Origin: Octopus sinensis
Taxonomy: Eukaryota
DNA length: 64,000 bases
Direction of reading: 5' to 3'
Assembly (NCBI RefSeq): GCF_006345805.1
Contig: NC_043017.1
Coordinates: forward strand, 11,718,001 to 11,782,000
Shown: piece after piece, positions 1-12,021 of the stretch
Position numbering within the stretch: the stretch's first letter is position 1
Layout: each line of letters starts with the position of its first letter
Position numbers and translations under genes: made by a program
The notes under the pieces: generated by a model
Database searches by the model: none
Seen by the model: the letters and a program-made list of their open reading frames with translations, nothing else
Told to the model about the DNA's origin: nothing

Positions 1-425
1 TCATAGCTTTAAGCTCCATATATGTTTGTGTGTGTGTATATATATACACACACACACATGTAGACTACATAAACAAAAATGTACAAACACCTGTCTATTT
101 TTTCTCACCTACTATGTATATATATATATATATATATATATCCATGTAACTGTTTGTGTGTGTGTGTGCACACGCGTTTGCACACACACACACACATGCA
201 TACATTTACACACACCTGGCAGTCTGTGAAATCTGCAGAGAAACAGGCCACTGCATTAGTTTATGGAAATTATATATCATCATCATCATAATTATCATTT
301 AGTGTCTAGTTTTCATGCTGGCATGGGTTGGACAGTTTGACTGGAGCTGGCAAACTAGACAACTGTGCCAAGTTCTGCTGTTGGTTTTGGCATAGTTTCT
401 ATGACTTTATGCCCTCCCTGATGCC

Positions 426-727
426 AACCACTTGGATTACTATGTGTGGAGCACGGCTGAGAAAGACATCAACTGCTCTGCCCAAAATGTGGAAACTGAG
501 CTGATGGTCAAGATTAAGATGTTCAAAGATATTCCCAGTGACACAATGAGGAATATATCCATCAATCTGGACCTATCTTGTGGCTCTGGTGGAAGCTGAA
601 TGCAGCCACTTTGAATAAAATGTTATCTCCCAACCATGATCTAGTAGATAGGTTTTGATGTTTTATGGAATATTGTGTTTTCTTTCCCTCTTTTGCAAAC
701 TGTCAAATTTAGCCCAAACATCCTGTA
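426..727 (+). mobile_element. Tc1/mariner-superfamily transposon, degraded 3' end
   Basis: Manual translation gives NHLDYYVWSTAEKDINCSAQNVETELMVKIK...(frameshift)WTYLVALVEAECSHFE*, like the Tc1/mariner C-terminus (PLDY.VW...LEAVVEA.G..FE). Ends in CATCCTGTA, a TIR-like end. Confidence 0.75.
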
Positions 728-839
728 AATGAAGGGAACTTGAGATGGTCCTGGCTACAAGATCTTCAACCAAAGATCTGTTTAGTCAATTCTGACTTGA
801 GACTAAACACTACCACCACCATCATTACCGTAAAAAGAA

Positions 840-1134
840 CCATCCGAATCGTGGCCGAAGCCAGTGCCGCCTCGACTGGCTTCCGTGCCAGTGGCACATA
901 AAATGCACCAATCTGACCGTGGCCGTTGCCAGCCTCGCCTGGCACCTGTGCGGGTGGCACGTAAAAAGCACCCACTACACTCACGGAGTGGTTGGCGTTA
1001 GGAAAGGGCATCCAGCTGTAGAAACATTGCTAGATAAGACTGGAGCCTGGTGCAGCCTTCTGGCTTCCTAGATCCCCGGTCGAACCGTCTAACCCATGCT
1101 AGCATGGAAAGCGGACGCTAAACGATGATGATGA
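840..1134 (+). mobile_element. Non-autonomous retroelement with RTE-like 3' end and (GAT)n tail (family C)
   Basis: Ends CCCATGCTAGCATGGAAAGCGGACGCTAAACGATGATGATGA. Near-identical to 2504-2664 and to the reverse complement of 30921-31322. The RTE affinity is inferred from the tail style. Confidence 0.7.
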
Positions 1135-1559
1135 AGATTTACATAAAATTGACTGGAAAATAGATTAGCCCACCATCACCTGGACTTTCACGACCACAAA
1201 CACCACACTATCAACCTCTATTGACATTAATTACATAAGCACCTTCTGCTAACATCATTTTAAGCACTTACGCCACCATCACATCCTTATTAATAACAGC
1301 TGCCATCGTCTTCATTATCACAACCATCACATCACATCTCAGAATAGAACCACTTTACCATTTCAATGTGTTGCTATTATCTTCATTGACTTACCACCAC
1401 CCCACCAAGATCTCTACACCTTGACTCTCCCCACACCCCCAGCCTTGCCTAGTTCAATGTCCTTCTCAGAAAACATACAGACAGCATAATGGGGGGAGGG
1501 AGGAGGAGAGACATTGTGTAGATTGCTCTAAATGTTATTCTTGGCATTCAGTGTGAGTG

Positions 1560-1735
1560 TGTATGCGTATGTATGTGTGTGTCTGTGTTTATACAAATAT
1601 GAATATACTTGTATGCATACATATACACATAATGTGTATATACACACAAATATTTACATATGTATACCTATATATGTATACATATATATATATATACATA
1701 TATATGTATGCATATATATACATATATATGTATAC

Positions 1736-1776
<41 letters not shown>

Positions 1777-1940
1777 TACATATATATATACATATATATG
1801 TATGCATATATATGTATGCATATATATATATATACATATATATATACATATATATATATACATATATATATACACATATATATATACATATAAATATATA
1901 TATATATATATATGCATATATTTGTATGTGTATGTGTAAT
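1560..1940. repeat. Compound (TA)n/(TACA)n microsatellite
   Basis: Directly visible; it explains the YI/IY-rich ORFs. Confidence 0.95.
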
Positions 1941-2265
1941 TACTCTTATTATCACCACCATCATCATAATCACTGATATTATTGGTAGAAGAGAGTGGTT
2001 AACAAGTCTTCAGTATCTCAATGGAAGGATGAAACAGGTCCCAACTTGTCCCTGTCTTTATTAATTTATTCCAATAAAGCCCCATCGAGGGGAATAACTT
2101 ACACTTGTTTTACTCTGTATTTGATTTTTTATTTTCAGTGTTTTTGCTGCATCATATACACATACACACACAAACACACACACATATGTGTATATATATA
2201 TTCATATATATATATACATATATATATATATACATATACATATATATATATATGTATATATATAT

Positions 2266-2449
2266 AAAGTTAATCCAAACAAGAAAGCACAAAAAAACAC
2301 AACAACGCGAGGATGTGGAACAAATATAGTATTATTGGATGCTCAGGAAAGAAGGAGGGTTTAACGTTTCGAGCGGAGTTCTTCGTCGGAAACATAGGAG
2401 AAGGAAAGATCCAGAGAAGGGAAGACAAAGGAAAAAAAATCGCCAATGG

Positions 2450-2453
<4 letters not shown>
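2266..2453 (-). mobile_element. Penelope-like element terminal (pseudo-LTR) fragment
   Basis: Reverse complement of 13885-14087. Flanked by (TA)n and carries a hammerhead-like motif. Confidence 0.7.
2359..2393 (-). ncRNA. Minimal type I hammerhead ribozyme-like motif (variant core)
   Basis: Minus strand reads GUUU-CCGACGA-A-GAAC-UCC-GCUC-GAAA-CG-UU-AAAC: stem I GUUU/AAAC, stem II with one mismatch, palindromic ACGU stem III. Confidence 0.55.
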
Positions 2454-2501
<48 letters not shown>

Positions 2502-2503
2502 TA

Positions 2504-2664
2504 CTACACTCGCGGAGTGGTTGGCGTTAGGAAGGGCATCCAGCTGTAGAAACTCTGCCAGATCAGACTGGAGCCTGGTGCAGCCCCTGGCTTCCCAGAC
2601 CCCGGTCGAACCGTCCAACCCATGCTAGCGCGGAAAACGGACGTTAAACGATGATAATGATGAT
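2504..2664 (+). mobile_element. Family C retroelement, 5'-truncated copy
   Basis: Matches 975-1134, including the (GAT)n tail. Confidence 0.75.
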
Positions 2665-2935
2665 ATATATATATATATATATATGCATGTATTTATGTAT
2701 GGATGGGTGTGTGTATGTATGCACCTAAATATGAATGTGTTGCATTTAATTGTTTTAATCAAGCAATGTTTTGGACTAAACAACTTGGATTTTGGAGCAG
2801 ATGTGGATGTGCTAATGCTGAGATATGGCAGACTGTCACATGACCAATGTGCGGAAGTGAAAAAGTGTGGAGTGAGTAGAAAATAACTGGTAATCTTTTT
2901 ATATTGTAGTCCTCAACGACATTAACCATCCAGCA

Positions 2936-4672
2936 TAACTACAGATTTCTGCTCCACGGACTTTCGATGATCATAACTTCAGAAAAATGGATATTTTTTA
3001 TGAAATTTTATATGAATATGTGTCATGTAGATTCCGAATATACAAAATTTTTTTTGGGGAAAGTGTTTTAGGAGGAGCTGAGGTGAGGAATTTCAGAAAA
3101 TTCACCGGAGTCCACTTCAATTCTTCATAACTTTCAAGAAAATAGATATTTTTTTATTGAAATTTTCTACAAGTATACCTCGGACTATGTAGATTCTGAG
3201 GACACAGAAATTTGTTGGGGGGTGGGACATTCAGGGGCTATTTTTGAGAACTGTTCTCCAACTGCGAACAAATCGTCCATATTTGTTTCATTTTATCTGT
3301 TTTGTGCGTTTGTGCATCCATATATTTCTACTCAAGCCGCTGGCAATGAAGTTGTCACCAGAAAACTCGTATTGCTAAAAATAACAGCTAAACGTCTAAA
3401 CGTTTCTAACAGAAGGGCATTGAATGGAATAATTCCCCGTTTCAACTTTTTTAATCACATATATATGTGTTTGTGTGTGTGTGAGAGGACACTGAGAATA
3501 AGCACGCCACCCCTTTGTGCTTTCCTCCCCTCTCTCTCTCCGTTTTGACAAGGATTTTTCTAATTTCATTTTTCACTCAGGTCTTCCAGCTGATGTGGTG
3601 GTCATGGGGGATATTTATGAAAATTTTTTTTTGAAAATTTATGATTTTTTTTTTCACCTCATCCCCATGCACTTAAAAACCATGAGAGAAGCTTTTTCGG
3701 TACTCCTTTATATCACACACCTTTTCTTACGAAAAATTATTTTTTAACCGTAAAAGGCTTCTCCCATCGTTTTTAAGTGCTTACGACAGGAAAAAAAGGG
3801 AAAAATGGGCGAAATTTCTTCGGTCTGGATTAGGGGTAAAGAGGAGAAAAGAGGGAGGGGGAAAAAGTTAGACCCTGGTGAAAAAGAAATTCGAAAAATC
3901 ACCGTCAAAACGGAGATTTCGGATCAAAAAACTCTGCTAAAACTGAAATTAGTCATTACTCATTTTGCCCCTATTTAGACATAATTTTCTGAAAATGGAA
4001 AATTATCAAATTAGACATTAATGTGCAAAAATATAACAATTGACATGGAATGCAACAGAGAAAAGGATAGAAATTGTTAAACGGCAAAAATTTGAATAAT
4101 TTTTGATTTGCAACTTCAATTACAATCTAGTCGAACGAAGTTGAGGAAAAATGTCTTGAAAGAAAAGTAACACTCCCCATAGTAATTTCAAATGTTTGAG
4201 CAATTGGAATTGTACAAAATGACGAAGAATATAGACGGAAGAAAGATAGAAAAAGTTTCGATTTAATGAAAAGCATTTCAAGATATGTGCATTTATAACT
4301 AAAGCTAAATTCAAAATTTACATTTTAAGAACATTTCTTACTTACTTGTTCGTTCGTTCGTGAAGACCAGTTTTCGCTGCATCAGAGAAATAATAAAGTT
4401 TACAAGGGTCAATATATGTGGGTGTGTTTGGCCCTTTAATTCCAGGGATAATGGTCAAATTATGCATTGTAAAAAGAAAATTGAGTTTCTTTCTGTTAAA
4501 CTATTTCTTCACGCTACAAAATGAAAATCTAATAATATTTGCGAAAAAGGGAAAAAAAATATTTAGTGTATGTTGTATTCTGATCTTATAAAATGTGTAT
4601 TGTTCTGCAATTTGAACAAGATGTTCAAATTTTCTCCTGGGTTACCTCTTCCACCACATAAACTCGATTAAA
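2936..4672 (+). repeat. Left inverted arm of the Merlin element
   Basis: TAACTACAGATTTC...CACATAAACTCGATTAAA pairs with 6427-8170. Confidence 0.92.
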
Positions 4673-5682
4673 GTTTGTCCGTGCTGAAGGACGGACAATG
4701 GTCCTGCAGGAGTTCTTAGACAGAAAGTTCCAAAAACATTTTACCATTTACATGGGGGTTTAGGGATTTCTGCAAAGAATGACTGATCAATTATCAACAA
4801 TTTTATCCGGTTTTAAAGTTTATTCTGCAGGAATTTGGAATTGAAACCATCGGCTTTTGTTGTCCAGCTTTTATTCTCTTCTCATTTTCGATTGAAACCA
4901 TCATTATCTTTTGTCCTGCTTCCCATTTTTGAATTCTGACGTCGATATCATGCACTACCCTCCATTTCACTTATCAGACGTTATTCGAATATGCACTGAC
5001 CATGGCGGGCTAATTGACTGGTGAAAAAGATATGGGCTTTTAGCTCAAGCTCATGTCTGTGAATGTGGCCGCAAGTGTTCCTTCCTTAAATCATCGCAGC
5101 ACCGAGATGGATATACTTGGAAGTGCACTGCTCTCGGCGATGTCGGAAGCGCTACTCCATTAGAAACAGATCGTTTTTCTCTAATAGCCACCTATCTTTA
5201 AGGTATAATACTGCAGATTCTGTATTGGGGGTCCATTGAGGAACCACTAAAATCAATGATGCGTGAACTTAATATTGCAAGTTGATCCTCTGTGGTGGAT
5301 TCGGCTAATTTCTGCCGAGACGTTTTAGCAGAAAACATTATTAACAATCCGGTAACGATTGGCGGTACTGGTGTCCTGGTCGCCATTTACGGATCGTAAT
5401 TTCTGCACCGGAAAAAAACCGGCGGGGCGCGCACTACGACGGCATTCGGGTGTTGGGTGGGATTTCATTGGACAATCCCATGAAGGGATTTCATTGGACA
5501 ATCCCATGAACTGCTTCCTTCCAGAGTGGCCGGATAATGGCCGGTCCATGGATACCTTGGAATCCATTAGCCAGCAACATGTCCATCCGTGTAATATAAT
5601 TTTCACCGACGAGTGGGCGGCGTACCGTAATTTGCAAAATCTAGGTTTCCATTCTATATCATTTGTTGATGAAACCGAAGGT

Positions 5683-6317
5683 AAAATCTTTATTCATTTC
5701 GTTACTGCCCATAAGGGGCTATACACAGAGGGTACAAACAAGGACAGACAAACGGATTAAGTCGATTACATCGACCCCAGTGCGTAACTGGTACTTAATT
5801 TATCGACCCCCAAAGGATGAAAGGCAAAGTCGACCTCGGCGGAATTTGAACTCAGAATGTAACGGCAGACGAAATACGGCAACGCATTTCGCAAATCTTT
5901 ATTATGATCATAAGATCTGACATAGAAAAGGACATAACAAGACAGACAAATACAAAAATGTTACATGAGTTCGAATGAGACTTTTAAAAATTTAATTATA
6001 ATATGAAATAAACGAAACCTTGGCTTGCTTTTGCCTTTAAACGAATAATTGGTTTACTTTTGCCTTTACAACGAGAACTTTTGTATTTTTTAAAAATAAA
6101 ACTAGAGAACATAACATGGTAAAAAGGGGGCAAAAAGGGTAAAAATTGCCGGTTCAAAATTTGAACCCGGCAGCCCAGAAGGCCCAACAACTAATTTTTT
6201 CTTTCTTCGATGATTAAGCTAGGTTACTCCCACCCACCTTTCTCATCACATCCTTCCATCGTTTTTCGTATTCACTCGGTGGCAGGGTCTTCCTCCCCAA
6301 CCCCATCTTGCTCTTCA
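5683..6317 (-). mobile_element. 5'-truncated LINE 3' end (L1/Tx1-like) inserted in the transposase
   Basis: Flanked by a 15-bp duplication, GATGAAACCGAAGGT (5668-5682) / GACGAAACCAAAGGT (6318-6332). The minus strand encodes [33 protein letters not shown], followed by an AT-rich UTR with AATAAA. The clade is inferred. Confidence 0.55.
5695..5892 (-). mobile_element. SINE family B, 5'-truncated, nested in the LINE fragment
   Basis: Homologous to 11604-11837. 11-bp TSD AAATCTTTATT at 5684-5694 and 5893-5903. Confidence 0.85.
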
Positions 6318-6426
6318 GACGAAACCAAAGGTGTCCACACAAACCATGTGGAAACCATGTGGGCGTGTATGCTAAGTGCAAATATCGACAAACTTCTGGT
6401 ACCTTTTCCAAGTTGTTCCCCAAAAA

Positions 6427-8176
6427 TTTAATCGAGTTTATGTGGTGGAAGAGGTACCCCAGGAGAAAATTTGAACATCTTGTTCAAATTGCAGAACAAT
6501 ACACATTTTATAAGATCAGAATACAACATACACTAAATATTTTTTTTCCCTTTTTCGCAAATATTATTAGATTTTCATTTTGTAGCTTGAAGAAATAGTT
6601 TAACAGAAAGGAACCCAATTTTGTTTTTACAATGCAAGATTTGACCATTGACCCTGGAATTAAAGGGCCAAACACACCCACATATATTGACCCTTGTAGA
6701 CTTTATTATTTCTCTGATGCAGCGAAAACTGGTCTTCACGAACGAACGAACAAGTAAGTAAGAAATATTCTTGAATGTAAATTTTGAATTTAGCTTTAGT
6801 TATAAATGCACATATCTTGAAATGTTTTTTATAAAATCGAAACTTTTTCTATCTTTCTTCCGTCTATATTTTTCGTCATTTTGTACAATTCCAATTGCTC
6901 AAACATTTGAAATTACTATGGGGAGTGTTACTTTTTTTTCAAGACATTTTTCCTCAACTTCGTTCGACTAGATTGTAATTGAAGTTGCAAATCAAAAATT
7001 ATTCAAATTTTTGCCGTTTAACAATTTCTATCCTTTTCTCTGTTGCATTCCATGTCAATTGTTATATTTTTGCACATTAATGTCTAATTTGATAATTTTC
7101 CATTTTCAGAAAATTATGTCTAAATAGGGGCAAAATGAGTAATGACTAATTTCAGTATTGGCAGAGTTTTTGGATCATAAATCTCCGTTTTGACGGTGAT
7201 TTTTCGAATTCCTTTTTCACCAGGGTCTAACTTTTTTTCTCCTCTTTACCACTAATCCAGACCGAAGAAATTTCGGCCATTTTTCCCTTTTTTTCCTGTC
7301 GTAAGCACTTAAAAACGATGGGAGAAGCCTTTTACGGTTAAAAAATAATTTTTCGTAAGAAAAGGTGTGTGATATAAAGGAGTACCGAAAAAGCTTCTCT
7401 CATGGTTTTTAAGTGCATGGGGATGAGGTGAAAAAATAATTATAAATTTTCAAAAAAAAATTTTCATAAATATCCCCCACGACCACCACATCAGCTGGAA
7501 GACCTGAGTGAAAAATGAAATTAGAAAAATCCTTGTCAAAACGGAGAGAGAGAGAAAAGAAAAGGACAAAGGGGTGGCGTGCTTATTCTCAGTGTCCTCT
7601 CACACACTCACAAACACATATGTGATTAAAAAAAGTTGAAACGGGGAATTATTCCATTCAGTGCCCTTCTGTTAGAAACGTTTAGCTGTTATTTTTAGCA
7701 TAACGAGTTTTCTGGTGACAACTTCATTGCCAGCTGCTCGAGTAGAAATATATGGATGCACATACGTACAAAACAGAGAAAATGAAACAAATATGGACGA
7801 TTTGTTCCCAAGTTGAGAACAGTTCTCAAAAATAGCCTCTGAATGTCGCCCCCCCGCCCCACCAAATTCCTATGTCCTCAGAATCTACACAGTCCGAGGT
7901 ATACTTGTAGAAAATTTCAATAAAAAATATCTATTTTCTTGAAAGTTATGACGAATCCAAGTGGACTCCGGTGAATTTTCCGAAATTCCCCACCTCTCCT
8001 CCTCCTAAAACACTTTCCCCCTAAATTTTGTATATTCAGAATCTACATGACACATATTCATATAAAATTTCATTAAAAAATATCCATTTTTCTGAAAGTT
8101 ATGATCATCGAAAGTCGGTGGGGGCAGAAATCTAGGTCAAATCATTTAGTTTGACCGAAATCTGTAGTTAAAGACC
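6427..8176 (-). repeat. Right inverted arm of the Merlin element
   Basis: Reverse complement of 2936-4672. It has an extra 30-bp segment with the hairpin GGTCAAA-TCATTTAG-TTTGACC (8135-8156) and a terminal AAGACC, both absent on the left. Confidence 0.92.
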
Positions 8177-8418
8177 AATTGAGAAATATTTTTCACAACC
8201 AGTTTTTACACCAATGTTGTACACTGTGTTATACCATATAAACTTTATCTTCCAAATGCTCAATAATTTTAATAAGCACTTGATTTCTTCTTCATATTGG
8301 CTATCTCCTTGTTGATCCTAGCTTATGGAAGAATTAAATGTTCAACCATCAATTTATATAACTTTCCATATGTGAACCAAATGATGACTCAACAATTTTA
8401 TTCCATTGATAAAATTCA

Positions 8419-8831
8419 GGATCCTTTCGGTTTGAACGGCAGTTTTTAAAAATAATTTCCACGTAACTAAACACTTTTAAACTTCGTATACTGGTAGAAT
8501 GTGTTTATAAAACATCTTTTTCTCTTGGCTTTATTGAGAAAATTCTATAGTTTGTAAGATATTTGTTGTTTTTTTTTCTTCAATTTCTGCAATTTCAACA
8601 AATCAATGACATCCATTGAGGTAAAAAACATTCTGTGCCGTATGAATATTTCCCTCGTTTAAGAAACAGATTGGGTTTATTTACATTTCTGAAGAAAAAA
8701 AGATACCCTTCCCCCCACCCTTAACCCTAAAACAGATTGAAATGCAATAGATCGATACTAGGGTCATAATTATGGGTGACAATTTCATATGACACCGCTA
8801 GAAAAAACTGCCGTTCAAACCGAAAAGATCC
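8419..8831. mobile_element. Merlin-type MITE (413 bp)
   Basis: TIRs GGATC(C/T)TTTCGGTTTGAACGGCAGTTTT at both ends. Perfect 8-bp TSD AAAATTCA (8411-8418, 8832-8839). GG termini with an 8-bp TSD fit Merlin. Confidence 0.85.
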
Positions 8832-11603
8832 AAAATTCAGATTGCTTTGTTTCAGCCATTACTCTATGACTATTTTACTTACTATGCCAGAACTACTTCG
8901 GGAAGAATTAAGATAGATTTTTCCTCCAATGTGGTGACAAATGTTTTTGAGGTGAAGCATTTAAATTTGACTTGGATGTTATGCTTTGCAGCTATCTGTT
9001 GTACTTTCATTTTGATATTATTGTATATGTTGTTGGTTGCTTTGTAGAAGTTTATTATTCCCTTATATAAAAGTGTCATTATCTGCCTCTTATAAATTCC
9101 TTGTTTTGCCTTCAAACATGAAGAAGTTCTTGGAGGATTTAATTGTTATTTAGCCTGAGTTTAGCTTGTGTAATAAATTATTCTTTCTAAAATTAAATTC
9201 TGTATTCATTATTAAGTTAAAGAGATTGTTTTCAAATGCAATTAGATCTTCGGTTTGAGATGAATATCTCTGGAATTTAAATCAAGGACTCTTCTCCTTT
9301 TGCATGGTTTTCTTGTTTTGTTTTGTTGCATCTTTTTTATTGCAATTTCCATATTTTTTTAATGAGTTTTTTTTTTTTTTATGCAAACTTTCTTGGGTAG
9401 CACTGGAAAGTATTTTGCCAAGTAGGGAATAACTCAAGACTATTCTTTCCTTGTTTGCATTCCATATTTATTTTTCGAAATTGTTCTGCCGCCTAAATTA
9501 GAAATAATACTCTATCAATGTTAGCATATCAATATTTCAGACTTCTGTACCAAACATTGAACTTCAGTGATTCTAGCCATTCCAGCTTTATTCTGATGCT
9601 TTCTTAGTCTTTTTTTAACTAAATATATTTTTGAATTTGCTTCTTTTAGCATAAATCAACCCTTGTTAAGCATACCTGGGATTGCACCTGAGACTACTGT
9701 TTCTTCTCCGCTGATCAAGGGGATATGGGACTATATTATGTAGAGAATAATTTTATAGGTGACCTGGGGCTAAACAGAAACAAAAAACAACAATAGTGAA
9801 GGAGCCACAATGTGGCCATTCAACCTGCTTGGAATAGCAGCCACATATCCTCAATTTGAAGGTTGCACATAAACAAACAAACAAAAAGAAAAAGAAAAAA
9901 GACTCGTGAGATAATGCCTATTGGATTCTATAGCAAAAAGATGTGGTGGTCACAGCTGGAATGCTTTTGATCATGTGTTTGCTGCTCAGTCAGAGTTGAT
10001 CAGTAACTAAACAATAACAGCAACAACAACCACAAATACCATTTTTTTTTCTTTTCCAGAACTGCAACAAGTCATCATCAGTGTCAGCATCACCGCTACC
10101 ATCGTCATCATCATTATCATCCCAATAATATAAATACTATCACGTCTTCAACAAGAGTCACAGCTTTATTCTCTCTCTTTGACAGAATACTTAAAATGAA
10201 AAGAAACAACAAACCCCCACCTCCCCCCCAACAACAATAATAACCCCCCACCCCTCCCTAACAACATTGAAATAAGTCAGGCAAGGGGGCATTAGGGACG
10301 CTTGTGGTGGTGGTGGTGGTGGTGCTGGTAGGTCATGGAGGAAAAGTAAATTTGTTTCAAGAGATAATACGAAGGAAATGAAATAAAAGCTAAACAACAA
10401 CATCAACAACAACAACAACAGCAATAACAACAACAACATTAGGTATTTTTCATTATTTCCTTTAAACTTAATTAAAAGTTTTCCAAAATGGACAAATTTC
10501 TGAGGCTGGTTATTTCTAAGAGGAATTCCCTTCACCAGTGGTAATTTCACATAAATAATTCTCTACAACTAAATCGTATCTCTATAAATAAATAAATGAT
10601 TCTGCCATTTCAACATGGCTGTCCATTTCCTCAACACGGTTCTATCAAAATGAAAACCCCCTTAGAGGTTTTTCTCAGATCTCTGCTGGAAGTTGCCGAA
10701 TTTGGTAGACCAGGTGATTTTTATTTCCCTCTCTCTCCCATCAATACCAACCGCAACACCAACACCACACTGCTAACTAACCACCACCACAATACAACCA
10801 CTGCTGCCATTACCACCACTACCAACACAACCACCGCTACAACCCCAATAACACCACCGCTACCAATATCACCACCACCACCACCACACCACCACTACCA
10901 TCACCAGCAAGGTCTCTTGTGGTGAGGATTTTGATTGAAAAACAATCTAAACAGATAGATTCTGCTGAAGTGAAGTTTTATATCAGCAGTAATTTGACAT
11001 TTTCCGTTGTCTGTCATTGTCATCGCCTGACACTAACCTTGTCTATCGGAATTGGTGTTGGTGGTCAGGTGTCGGGTGTTGTTGCTTCTCAATAGAAACA
11101 TCGTTTTCAGGAACGGTACTGACTGTTTAGTATTTCCTTGATGAGAATTTCTTCTTTTATTAGTTTGATTGGTTGTTGGCTCGCTAGCTTGCTTTGTTGA
11201 TTAGTGGTTTGTGATGAAGGCACTGTTTAATATCACAACATCACTGTCGAACACCACGTATGGTAAGATAAGGTAGAAAATTGAATTTTGGTAAATTCTT
11301 TGAAAAATGATTTAGGAGATTGCTTTCCTTTGTTTGTAAACATTTGAATTGAATTGATCCTAGTGTATTGCTGGTACTGGAACTCAAATCTTGAGGTATA
11401 AAAATCTGAATGAAGAGAGAGAGAGAGAGAGAATAATATCTGTGCTATGGGCTTGGTGCAAAACACCAGTCTGCTCTGAACCCTTAAGCTTCTCTCCTAA
11501 ACCTCATCTCTCTTCAATTTATGTATCCCACAACTCAGCAAATCCTTTGACACAATGCTAACCCACCAGAGCACTCTGACAATATGGTACTAAAATTTAT
11601 TTG

Positions 11604-12021
11604 TAAGGTGGCAAGCTGGCAGAAACATTAGCACGCCGGGTGAAATGCTTAGCGGTATTTCGTCTGTGTTACGTTGTGAGTTCAAATTCCGCCAAGGTCG
11701 ACTTTGCCTTTCATCCTTTCGGGGTTGATAAATTAAGTACCAGTTACGTACTGGGGTCGATGTAATCGACTTAATACCTATGTCTGTCCTTGTTTGTCTC
11801 CTCTGTGTTTAGCCCTTTGTGGGTAGTAAAGAAATAGGTATTTCGTCTGCATTACGTTGTGAGTTCAAATTCCGCCAAGGTCGAATTTGCCTTTCATCCT
11901 TTCGGGGTCGATAAATTAAGTACCATTTACGTACTGGGGTCGATGTAATCGACTTAATACCTATGTCTGTCCTTGTTTGTCCCCTCTGTGTTTAGCCCCT
12001 TGTGTGAAGTAAAGAAAGAAA
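11604..12021 (+). mobile_element. SINE family B with an internal tandem duplication of its body
   Basis: Head GGTGGCAAGCTGGCAGAAAC with B-box-like GAGTTCAAATTCC. The ~186-bp body is repeated (11652-11837, 11838-12021). Flanked by a 64-bp duplication. Confidence 0.85.

Larger units (their letters stand above)
4950..6515 (+). pseudogene. Merlin (IS1595/ISXO2-like DDE) transposase pseudogene, interrupted at 5683-6332
   Basis: Manual translation: MHYPPFHLSDVIRICTDHGGLIDW*KRYG..CECGRKC..DGYTWKC..CRKRYSIRNRSFFSNSHLSL..VTIGGTGVLVAIYGS*FLHRKK (cf. IGG.G..VEIDES.F.KRK)..RSMDTLESISQQHVHPCNIIFTDEWAAYRNLQNLGF..FVDETEG|[24 protein letters not shown]. It has stops and frameshifts, is ~300 aa without the inserts, and the first catalytic Asp is lost. 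Confidence 0.85.
2936..8176 (+). mobile_element. Merlin-superfamily DNA transposon with ~1.74-kb inverted arms (foldback-like), decayed
   Basis: 2936-4672 is the reverse complement of 6427-8170 along its length, with scattered substitutions and indels. The interior encodes a Merlin/ISXO2-like transposase. The right end reads 5'-GGTCTTTAACTACAG on the minus strand. Confidence 0.85.

Noticed and set aside
1532-1976. Many 60-230 aa ORFs rich in YI/IY/HT/CV/MYVC (also 27.9-29.2, 31.7-33.9, 44-48.7 and 52-56.9 kb)
   Set aside because: They are translations of (TA)n, (CA)n and (TACA)n microsatellites, open in several frames on both strands.
2920-2935. TSD for the giant Merlin element
   Set aside because: The 8-9 bp after the right end (AATTGAGAA) is not found before the left arm, and the left terminus appears eroded.
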